A stretch of 48,026 nt of DNA, taken from sequence record DRR723986_7057; one strand, written 5' to 3'. Within the stretch, counting starts at the first letter, position 1, and each line of letters starts with the position of its first letter. The notes under the pieces are model-generated. The model was given only the letters and a program-made list of their open reading frames with translations. It was not told the DNA's origin and ran no database searches. This document shows positions 30,101 through 38,214 of this stretch, in pieces. Position numbers and translations under genes: made by a program.

Positions 30101-32344
30101 CTACTTATCCGACTTGTATTCGTAGTGGTAGTAACCATACCCGTAGCCGTAGCCATAACCCGACGCACGGCGCTCTACGGCGTTAAGGACAACGCCCTTC
30201 ACGGTAATGCCGTTTTGTTCGAAGCGCTGTTTAGTCACTTCCAGCTCTTTAATTGGGTTCAGGCCAAAGCGGGCTACGATCATGGTCACACCACACTGGC
30301 GACCCACAATGGCGGCATCGGTAACGGCCATAATTGGCGGGGTATCGACAATAACCAAGTCAAACTGTTCTTTTACTTCATTGAGCAGGTCAGTCAGTTG
30401 CTGGCTCATCAATAATTCCGACGGGTTGGGAGGAATCACCCCACGAGGCATGACAAACAGCTCGCCAACGCGTGTCGGTTTTATCGCTTCTTGAACGCTA
30501 ATGCGCTTGCCCAATACGTCGCTCACCCCGTTATCTGGCTGCATGCCAAACATCTTGTGCATATAGCCTTTGCGAAGGTCCATATCGATCAGCAGTACGC
30601 GCTGCCCCGCTTGGGCAACTACCGCCGCAAGGTTACCCGAAACAAACGACTTACCCACATTGGGGCTGGGACCGGAGATCATCATCACATTGTTTTCAGC
30701 TTCCAGCATGGCAAAGTGCAGGCTGGTGCGCAGGTTGCGCAGGCTTTCAATGGCGATATCCGTCGGGTTTTTGTGGGCCAGCAAGTCGTGTGGGTGCTGG
30801 TTCTTCTGTTTCTTGCGAATGGCTTGGCGTCGTTTGCCGGCACCATCGAGCTTACGCTGCTCATCGGAAAGCGGAATGCTGGTATATACCGGCAGGCCAA
30901 TAGCCTCGATATCATCGGGGTTTTCAACACCGCGATTCAGTGCCGAGCGCACCAACACCAAGGCTACCGAGAGGAAGCCGCCCAGCAGCGTGGCAATCAC
31001 TACAATCAGTGGCTTCTTGGGCTTGACGGGCTCCTCAACATCGACCGCTGCATCATCAACTACTCTTACGTTCCCGACAGTTCCCGCGCGAATAATGTCC
31101 AATTCTTGGATGCTGTTTAGCAGTTGTGTATAAATTTCGGTCCCTACTTCTAGGTCGCGTTTCAGTCCTAGCAATTCCTGCTGTGTGCCAGGCAAGCCCT
31201 TTATACGCTTGTCCATCTGGTTTTTGCGCGATTGCAGCTCCGCCATTTGGTCGCGCCAAGCTTGGTAGTTCGGGTGGTCGCGGGTATAGAGCCTGTCCAG
31301 CTCTGCTTGCTTTAATTGAAGTTCAGAGATGCTGGTCTCAATTTCCACAACTTGCTCAAGCAACGCCTCAGCTTCTGCACTAATATTTACCGACCCTGCT
31401 TTGACCTGATAGCTATTAAACTCGGCCTCTGCTTTCTCCAGGTCTTTTTTGATAATGGGCAATTGCTTACGGAGAAACTCTAAACTCTTTGATGCCTCGG
31501 CAGATTGGCGCTCTACGTTTTGGCGTACATAGAACTGCGAAATAGTGTTAAGTATATCCTCGGCAAACTCCGGCGATTTATGTTCAAAAGCAAGGGCAAT
31601 GATGCCGGAGTCTTTACCGCGTTCCGAAGCGCCTAGCTCCTCTTGCAGCTCAATAATAGCGCTAAGGCGGCGGTGCTTAATTACGCTGAAGCGAGTTCCT
31701 GGCCTGCCGTTCAATGATTGCACGTAAATGCTGAAACCGGATTCAACACGCTTTTCACCGGTTCTACCTTCCAGTATCGGGGTTCCCTTTGGTCCAAATA
31801 ATTGGTAGCTGCCACTTTCTTTAGCGATCAGCTCCAGCTCTTCGCCATAGAAGGCGTCAGGTACATCCAACTCAGTAATTGCTAGTTTCTCGCCTCCCCA
31901 GGCATATTGATCCAGCCCTAAAATAGGCGTGGCGAGTTCACCGTCCTCACCTTTAAACTTCCTCGCAATGGCGCTGCCCAATATTGGTGCGTATACCGGT
32001 TCGGCTTCGATCGCTAGGTGCAGTTTATCTACGGTAGAGCCGACAACACTTCGGCTCTTAATAAGCTCTATTTCTGTAACGGCTTCAGATTCACTGCCGA
32101 GCATTTCAGTAATGTCGCTCATGCCGGGCAGACCGGGCTGCTTTTCTTCTACCTGTATAATTGCTGTGGCTTGGTATATCGGCGTAGCGAGAAGCGCGTA
32201 GGCTACACCCAAAATTGTAAATACAGATGTAATGGCGATGATCAGGTTTTTGTTGTCCCAAAGGGTGCCGATCAGAGCCAACAGGTCTATTTCATCGTCA
32301 GTGCTCGAAGACTGAGGCAGCGCAGTCGGTGATTGTGTACTCAT
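30101..32344 (-). CDS. wzc: Polysaccharide co-polymerase / tyrosine autokinase Wzc
   Basis: 'DDEIDL', two TMs, Walker A 'GPSPNVGKS', 'IDMDLRKG', 'VDTPP', C-terminal Tyr cluster 'YGYGYGYYHYEY'. Confidence 0.97.
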   Translation of the reverse strand: MSTQSPTALPQSSSTDDEIDLLALIGTLWDNKNLIIAITSVFTILGVAYALLATPIYQATAIIQVEEKQPGLPGMSDITEMLGSESEAVTEIELIKSRSVVGSTVDKLHLAIEAEPVYAPILGSAIARKFKGEDGELATPILGLDQYAWGGEKLAITELDVPDAFYGEELELIAKESGSYQLFGPKGTPILEGRTGEKRVESGFSIYVQSLNGRPGTRFSVIKHRRLSAIIELQEELGASERGKDSGIIALAFEHKSPEFAEDILNTISQFYVRQNVERQSAEASKSLEFLRKQLPIIKKDLEKAEAEFNSYQVKAGSVNISAEAEALLEQVVEIETSISELQLKQAELDRLYTRDHPNYQAWRDQMAELQSRKNQMDKRIKGLPGTQQELLGLKRDLEVGTEIYTQLLNSIQELDIIRAGTVGNVRVVDDAAVDVEEPVKPKKPLIVVIATLLGGFLSVALVLVRSALNRGVENPDDIEAIGLPVYTSIPLSDEQRKLDGAGKRRQAIRKKQKNQHPHDLLAHKNPTDIAIESLRNLRTSLHFAMLEAENNVMMISGPSPNVGKSFVSGNLAAVVAQAGQRVLLIDMDLRKGYMHKMFGMQPDNGVSDVLGKRISVQEAIKPTRVGELFVMPRGVIPPNPSELLMSQQLTDLLNEVKEQFDLVIVDTPPIMAVTDAAIVGRQCGVTMIVARFGLNPIKELEVTKQRFEQNGITVKGVVLNAVERRASGYGYGYGYGYYHYEYKSDK

Positions 32345-32420
32345 GTAATAATTTCCAGCGAGCTCAGCATCATGCTGATAGTGTTTAAACGTTTCTTTCT
32401 ATCTAGATGTCTATTGAGTA

Positions 32421-33560
32421 TCAGTTGTTGTTATCACCCAAATCGTCGATAACACCCACAGCCGAAACGCTCGGCAGCAACTGGCTCAAGAAGCGGTTCC
32501 AACGCGTGATCGGCGCGGGTGACACATACACAATATCGCGTGGCGACAGCGTGAACTTATCAGCCAGCATAAAGCCAACGGCAGAGGCTGCGTTTAGGTG
32601 GTAGATGGTGGCGTTATAAACGGGCATGCCGTCTTCGTCGCGGCTTACCCCGGTGTTGCGCAGCACGTATATACCGCGGCCGTCGGCGCGGTTTTCATTA
32701 ATGCCATTGGCGCTGGCCAGTGCCTCAGCCAGGCTGGTGTCTGTGCGGGACATAAGAATGCCCTGCGGCCGGTTAACTTCGCCGAGTACAAAGACTTTGT
32801 CGGCGTCATTGCGTGGCACGTGAATCAGGTCGCCGTGTTGCAGCAGCAGGTTTTCACTCCAGGCGCCGGTTTCATAGAGCGAGCGCAGCGAGATGCTCTG
32901 GGTTTCACCATTGCGCGTTAGTTGAATGTCGCCCCACGAGGCGTTGTTGGCGAGGCCGCCCAACTGCTCAATGGCGTCGATCAGTGTGAGCGGAATTTTG
33001 GTGACTGGCACAACGCCGGGCTGACGAACTGCGCCGCTTACGTACACACGCTGGCTTCTGAAATCTGCCACGCGCACATCGACTTGTGGGCGCTTAATTA
33101 CCGAGGCCAGCTTTTGCTCCAACTGCGCCTTAATTTCGGCAGTTGTCAGGCCATTCACTTGCAGCTCGCCGGCATAGGGGTAGAACACCGTACCGTCGGC
33201 CTTCACCTCGTTGCCACCCTCGGCTGCGGTGCGGAAGGAACCCGCGGGTATCGTTAGTTCGGGGTGTTCCCACACGGTAATGGTCAGCACATCGCCGGGG
33301 CCAACGCGATATTGGTAGTCGTTAAGCTGCTGCTCCAAGTCACTGCTCAGCGTTGCTTGGCGAGCGGCGGGGGCGTTCATATTGGCGAGCAGGGTCGCGT
33401 TAATGGGAATGTAGCGAATCTCGGTTTCGGCGGGAGTGTAATCCTCGGGGGTATCGTCAAACCACACCGAGTTCATGCGGCTCATATTACTGCCCGGTAC
33501 TACCGTGCATGCTGCGCAGCTCAGCACCAATGCGCTGGCAAGCAAATTTTTCACTTTCAT
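32421..33560 (-). CDS. wza: Outer-membrane polysaccharide export lipoprotein Wza
   Basis: Lipobox 'AAC-TVVPG', 'YRVGPGDVLTITVWEHPEL', 'FYPYAG', C-terminal 'WNRFLSQLLP'. Confidence 0.96.
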   Translation of the reverse strand: MKVKNLLASALVLSCAACTVVPGSNMSRMNSVWFDDTPEDYTPAETEIRYIPINATLLANMNAPAARQATLSSDLEQQLNDYQYRVGPGDVLTITVWEHPELTIPAGSFRTAAEGGNEVKADGTVFYPYAGELQVNGLTTAEIKAQLEQKLASVIKRPQVDVRVADFRSQRVYVSGAVRQPGVVPVTKIPLTLIDAIEQLGGLANNASWGDIQLTRNGETQSISLRSLYETGAWSENLLLQHGDLIHVPRNDADKVFVLGEVNRPQGILMSRTDTSLAEALASANGINENRADGRGIYVLRNTGVSRDEDGMPVYNATIYHLNAASAVGFMLADKFTLSPRDIVYVSPAPITRWNRFLSQLLPSVSAVGVIDDLGDNNN

Positions 33561-33650
33561 TCCCTAACCCTTGCTTACACCGCTGGCCCCGTGGTGCCAG
33601 CTAGTCCATAAATAATGTTTTAATTTTCTGTACGAGTCGTATCGTCGCGA

Positions 33651-35153
33651 CTACCAGCGATAGCGCGCCTCAATGAAGGCGCTCTCAATGCCGTGGTCGT
33701 AGTTATACAATTGCAGGCCGTCATCCACTTTGATGTAGCCCACCTCGGCGTTCAAACCGCCAAATTGCTGGCTGTAACTAATTTCCAGCGTATTGCCTTC
33801 ACCCTGGCTGCGGCCAGCGGCGCCGCTACCGCCGCCATCAATATTTAAGGCAACGTCCGAGTAACGCAATGACCAACGGCTACCGTCCGGCAGCATCCAG
33901 TCCAGGCCGATAGTATCCAGCTCGCTGTCGTTGTCGATACTGGCACCAATGGCGCGGCCCTTATAGCGATAGCCATTCTTGTAAATGGCATGTTCATACA
34001 CGTAGTCACTGCGCTCATCGCCAATTAGTGCGCCCGCTGTGGTTTGGGTGCGCTCTAAAAACCAGTGCAGGCGGTGCTTTTCAATTACAAACAAGCCATT
34101 CAGGCCCACTGCGTGGGTTAAGCGGGAGGGTTGGTAGCCGCTTTCATCTTCGCCAATATGCTGGATGTAAGCGCCTTGATTGCCCCAAGGCGTCGCCCAC
34201 AGCATTTTCACATCAAAACCTGCCAGCTGGTTGCCCGGCTCATTTTCCTGGGTAAGTCCGCCGTCCCCGCGGTTGTCATTACCCAGCATAAGATCCTTAA
34301 AACTGGAAAAGTTCTCATCGCGGCCATCGCCACCCCACTGGGCGGTGCGGCTGGCAGCAATTTCCAGCCACTGTGCGGGCTTGACCGCTACGCGCATTCC
34401 TAACAATTTGGCGCCGGGTACTGCGCGTTCCCCTTCCAGCTGGCCGGCAAAGGCCTGTAGTTGCCAGGGGCCAAGCCAGCTCAACAGCGGCGTTTCAAAT
34501 TCATGGGCTCGGTTGCGTTGCAGGCTAATACCCGGAACCGGCCTCGCATTGTTGGAAAGCAGCAAACTGCTTTGCCAGCCAGCGCCCCACCAGCGGTCAA
34601 TGGCGCCCAGTGTTACGCCCCAATTGCCAAAGGCCCGTGCAAGATAGCTGCCATCTAGTCGGCGGTGTTCGCGCGGTGCATCGGGAATGTCATAGCTAAG
34701 GCGCAATTCGCCTGCCCAGCTGCTGCTCATAAATTCAGCGGAAACAGCGCCGTATTCGGGGGCATTGTTGCTGTCGCCGAAGCCGGTTAAAAATCGACGC
34801 TCCTGCTCGCTGTGAGCAAGTTCAATACTGGCGCTAAAGGGCTTGCGTTCCTGCTCAAAGCGGGCCAACAAAGCGTCCAGTGCTTGGCGTTCCAGTGCAC
34901 TAATATTGCGGGCCTGGGCGCGTTTCAGGTCAGGTAAAATACTGCCCCACATCAGTGGCCATTGAGTGGTTGGTGCGGTAATAATGCCGGTGCTGGATAG
35001 CAGCTCAATGTGGTGGCGCAAATCCAGCTCGTTTGGTCCAATCCAAGGCTTTGCGCTGGCGACAGAAGGCGCCACAGCACTAGCGGCCAGTAAACAGGCA
35101 GACAAAGAAAACGCTTTACACCGCTGGCCAATCAACATGCCTTGGAATTCCAT
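33651..35153 (-). CDS. wzi: Capsule assembly outer-membrane protein Wzi
   Basis: 'TQWPLMW', 'LDGSY', 'DRWWGAGWQSSLLLSNNARP', 'GMRV..KP', 'SRTAQWGG', 'PGNQLAGFD'; start may be 35138. Confidence 0.93.
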   Translation of the reverse strand: MEFQGMLIGQRCKAFSLSACLLAASAVAPSVASAKPWIGPNELDLRHHIELLSSTGIITAPTTQWPLMWGSILPDLKRAQARNISALERQALDALLARFEQERKPFSASIELAHSEQERRFLTGFGDSNNAPEYGAVSAEFMSSSWAGELRLSYDIPDAPREHRRLDGSYLARAFGNWGVTLGAIDRWWGAGWQSSLLLSNNARPVPGISLQRNRAHEFETPLLSWLGPWQLQAFAGQLEGERAVPGAKLLGMRVAVKPAQWLEIAASRTAQWGGDGRDENFSSFKDLMLGNDNRGDGGLTQENEPGNQLAGFDVKMLWATPWGNQGAYIQHIGEDESGYQPSRLTHAVGLNGLFVIEKHRLHWFLERTQTTAGALIGDERSDYVYEHAIYKNGYRYKGRAIGASIDNDSELDTIGLDWMLPDGSRWSLRYSDVALNIDGGGSGAAGRSQGEGNTLEISYSQQFGGLNAEVGYIKVDDGLQLYNYDHGIESAFIEARYRW

Positions 35154-35335
35154 CCTTTTTAGTAATTACGCGAACACCCCACGCCGCTGTTCACAACGCC
35201 AATATTCCGAACAGGCGAATGCGCCGCAATGATACGCGTGACGTAACAAGAAGGACAAGGATCATGCCAACGAACTGTGACAATGTCACGACATTGCCAA
35301 TATCGCCCCATAGCTACCTCGCGCAGCGTTCTCGT

Positions 35336-35640
35336 TGTAGGGCGGCGTGGGCCATGACCGTATGGAATGTCTCGGGTAGCGGGCTTGACCGCGAATGATG
35401 TATCAGAGGGATTCCAGTAGGGCTGCGTACCTATGCCCGCGACCACGCTTTGCATCGGCCAACCCACAGCGCATCCACGCCTGCACCAAAAAAACCCTCC
35501 CAGCAACCTGGCGCACCAAACCTGTGCTGTTTCGGTAGGGTGGCTTGCCCGTGACGTTGTAGGAGCGGTTTTAACCGCGAATGATCCCCCTGCGGACTAT
35601 CAGGGCAGTGGCCCCTCGGTCGCCATAGGGGCTGCCCACA
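35336..35640. repeat. Cluster of REP and degenerate REP copies in the wzi-wcaJ intergenic region
   Basis: TGTAGGAGCGGTTTTAACCGCGA (35558-35580), AGCGGGCTTGACCGCGAATGAT (35378-35399), GGTAGGGTGGCTTGCCCGTGA (35534-35554), TGTAGGGCGG (35336), TCGCCATAGGGGCTGCCCACA (35620-35640). Confidence 0.7.
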
Positions 35641-35742
35641 ACCCGCCTCCCTCTCCACCCAAATTAACCAAACCGTAGCATTTCGCTGTCACACTACGCG
35701 CCGTAACAAAGCGAGCTCGGCAAGCTGGGTGTTAAGTCAATA

Positions 35743-35760
35743 TTGGCGCAAAACCTGCAT
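35743..35760 (+). promoter_or_regulatory. Candidate sigma54 (-24/-12) promoter facing wcaJ
   Basis: TTGGCGCA-AAAC-CTGCA matches TGGCACG-N4-TTGCW with correct GG/GC spacing. Confidence 0.4.
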
Positions 35761-36122
35761 AGAGATGTGGTGCTAGGCGCGGGGTGGGTTGGCAGGCTCG
35801 GCGGCTCTGCGCTGCGCCAATCTTGTCACTATGTCATCTTGTTAGAGATTTGCGGTTGGCTTTTGCACTGATGTGGCGCAAAATAGCGCCCCCTAAATAA
35901 GGCTGCCTTGTAAGAAAATCGCGATTGCTGCGTGTGCCTTCTACACAAATTCGGTGTGGGATATCTACGTTTTTTGTCTCGTGACAGTACAGGGTATTCG
36001 GTCGTCCTCGCATTACGGACAATCTAGCGAGTGTGGGTAAACGTCCCTGTTGTGCAGAGCTTGCAAGCAGTTGATGTAAAGCCACTGAAAAGCCCTTGGT
36101 ACCGTCAAGGAGGAGCAAAGTC

Positions 36123-37505
36123 ATGCATGACAAGCCATTTATTTCAGAGTCTAAGTTAAGGCTGGCGCTACTTCACCGTGTAGGTGATATCTGTGTTATC
36201 CCTCTTTCTGCCTATTTTTGCCATGGCTTGGTGTATCAAAGCCTGAGTTTAAGTAATTTCTTAGGATTGAGTGTGGCTATCAGCGTGTTAATCGCGCTTT
36301 GGCTGTACCCTGCCATCGGCTTGTACCGAGCATGGCGTGGTGAAAGCACGGGTAAAGAGCTGCTTAATGCTGCTCAGGCGTGGACCTTCAATTTCCTTAT
36401 CTTGTCCTTCTTGCTCTATTTCACTAAGAACGCTGACTCCGCCCGCATTGAGTTCTTCTCGGCGTGGTTTATGGCTGGCTTGTTTGGCTTGCTGGGGGTG
36501 CGAGCCGCTATTCGTGCGTTGCTCAACAATGCCCGGCGAAAAGGCCGCAATAAGACCCACGTTGTGGTGGTGGGCGATAACGGCCTCGCAACCAGCACAA
36601 TCCAGAATCTTAAAAAGGCAGAATGGGCCGGCTTCAGCGTAAAAGGCTATTTTGGCGAGGGCGAAATAGTCGGAGAACGCCGCTTAGGTGGTTTTCACGA
36701 AATTAATGAGTACTTGGAAAGCGATAAAGACGCCGTCGACCAAATATGGATTGCTATGCCCCTCTCTAAAGAGAAGGAGATCAATCAAATTCTGGAGGAG
36801 CTGCGTTTCGCTACACAAGACGTTCGTCTTATTCCTGGTATTGAGGGTTTCCGCTTAATCAATAATTCGGTGGCACAAATAGCCGATATGTCCGTTATCA
36901 ACCTGCAAGTATCGCCAATGACGGGGATGAACCGCTTTGTTAAAGCGGTGGAAGACCGAGTTTTAGCTGCCACAATATTAACGCTAATTAGTCCTATTAT
37001 GATTGCGTTGGCCATAGGCGTGAAACTGTCATCGCCTGGGCCGGTGTTCTACCGCCAAGAGCGGGTTAGTCGTGCGGGAAAACCCTTCATGATGTACAAA
37101 TTCCGCTCCATGCCAGTGGATACAGAAAAAAATGGCGTTCAATGGGGCAATGCTGGTAGCAAAGCAACGAATAAATTTGGACAGTTTATTCGCAAAACGA
37201 GTTTGGATGAGCTGCCTCAATTCCTGAATGTTTTATTTGGTGATATGTCAATTGTCGGTCCGCGGCCTGAGCGTACCCAGTTTGTTAACGAATTTAAGCA
37301 CGATATAGACGGTTATATGCAAAAACACATGGTTAAAGCTGGAATAACGGGCTGGGCACAAGTGAATGGCTGGCGCGGTGATACAGACCTAAGCAAGCGA
37401 ATTGAGTGTGATCTTTATTATATAAACAATTGGTCCGTTTGGATGGATTTAAAGATTATATTCATGACCTTTTTTAAGGGGTTTGTGCACAGTAATGCAA
37501 AATAG
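36123..37505 (+). CDS. wcaJ: Undecaprenyl-phosphate glucose phosphotransferase (initiating transferase, WcaJ family)
   Basis: Four N-terminal TMs, 'SSPGPVFYRQER', 'KFRSM', 'RKTSLDELPQF', 'SIVGPRPE', 'VKAGITGWAQVNGWRGDTD'. Start ATG 36123 after AGGAGG. Confidence 0.93.
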   Translation: MHDKPFISESKLRLALLHRVGDICVIPLSAYFCHGLVYQSLSLSNFLGLSVAISVLIALWLYPAIGLYRAWRGESTGKELLNAAQAWTFNFLILSFLLYFTKNADSARIEFFSAWFMAGLFGLLGVRAAIRALLNNARRKGRNKTHVVVVGDNGLATSTIQNLKKAEWAGFSVKGYFGEGEIVGERRLGGFHEINEYLESDKDAVDQIWIAMPLSKEKEINQILEELRFATQDVRLIPGIEGFRLINNSVAQIADMSVINLQVSPMTGMNRFVKAVEDRVLAATILTLISPIMIALAIGVKLSSPGPVFYRQERVSRAGKPFMMYKFRSMPVDTEKNGVQWGNAGSKATNKFGQFIRKTSLDELPQFLNVLFGDMSIVGPRPERTQFVNEFKHDIDGYMQKHMVKAGITGWAQVNGWRGDTDLSKRIECDLYYINNWSVWMDLKIIFMTFFKGFVHSNAK

Positions 37506-37517
37506 CCGGAAATTAAA

Positions 37518-38210
37518 ATGACTGAAAAAAATCTAGCAATAATACCTGTCAGAGGTGGCTCTAAGGGTATTCCTCGTAAAAACGTCAAGAGCTTGTGTGG
37601 TCGACCTTTAGTTGCGTGGTCGATAGATCAGGCAATCAATTCCAAAGAAATCGACCGGGTTATTGTCAGTACAGACTGTCCAGAGATTGCTGAAGTGGCT
37701 AGAAAATATGGCGCTGAGGTGCCATTTATGCGACCAGATGAGCTTGCTTCAGATGTGGCTACAACGGAGTCTAGTTTATTGCATGCATTGGAGTGGTTGG
37801 AAGAAAATCAATCGTATAAACCAGATAATGTAGTGTTGCTGCAAGCAACATCCCCCATTCGAGGGGAGGGGGTTATCGATAGTGCCATTCAAAAGTTTTA
37901 TCAAGATGATGTCGACTCGTTACTAAGCGTTTGCGAATTCTGGCACTTTCTCTGGGAAGGGGCTTCGAAGCCATTAGCATTGTATGACTATATGAATAGG
38001 CCTAGAAGACAGGATATTGATCCAGGGTCCATAAAATACAAAGAAAACGGCTCCATATATATCACCAAATCAGAATCTTTAATTTCCTCTGGAAATCGAC
38101 TGGCTGGGGAAATATCAATGTATGTTATGGACGAGAGTGAAAGCTTCGAAATAGATACTCCTCTTGACTGGTTGGTGGTTGAGTCAATTATGAAAGCAAA
38201 AGGTTTCTAG
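37518..38210 (+). CDS. neuA: Acylneuraminate (nonulosonate) cytidylyltransferase, NeuA family
   Basis: '[15 protein letters not shown]', 'VSTD', 'RPDELASD', 'LLQATSP', 'RPRRQD', 'ENGSIY', 'EIDTPLD'. Confidence 0.93.
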   Translation: MTEKNLAIIPVRGGSKGIPRKNVKSLCGRPLVAWSIDQAINSKEIDRVIVSTDCPEIAEVARKYGAEVPFMRPDELASDVATTESSLLHALEWLEENQSYKPDNVVLLQATSPIRGEGVIDSAIQKFYQDDVDSLLSVCEFWHFLWEGASKPLALYDYMNRPRRQDIDPGSIKYKENGSIYITKSESLISSGNRLAGEISMYVMDESESFEIDTPLDWLVVESIMKAKGF

Positions 38211-38214
38211 TCAA

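Noticed and set aside
30116-30160. Short tandem (CCGTAG-like) repeats at the wzc 3' end
   Set aside because: They simply encode the YGYGYGYY tyrosine cluster
29821-30186. 121-aa ORF after the ferredoxin
   Set aside because: Spans repeat remnants and overlaps the wzc 3' end antisense; no family features
35276-35290. TGTGA-CAATG-TCACG as a CRP site (tempting because cyaA is in the window)
   Set aside because: The spacer is 5 bp rather than the 6 bp CRP requires; kept only as a generic palindrome
36055-36095. 'GTAAAGCCA' resembling part of JUMPstart upstream of wcaJ
   Set aside because: The essential ops core GGCGGTAG does not follow it
35159-36133. Short ORFs (75-115 aa) in the wzi-wcaJ intergenic region
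   Set aside because: They overlap REP copies or promoter-like DNA and have no clear RBS or protein motifs
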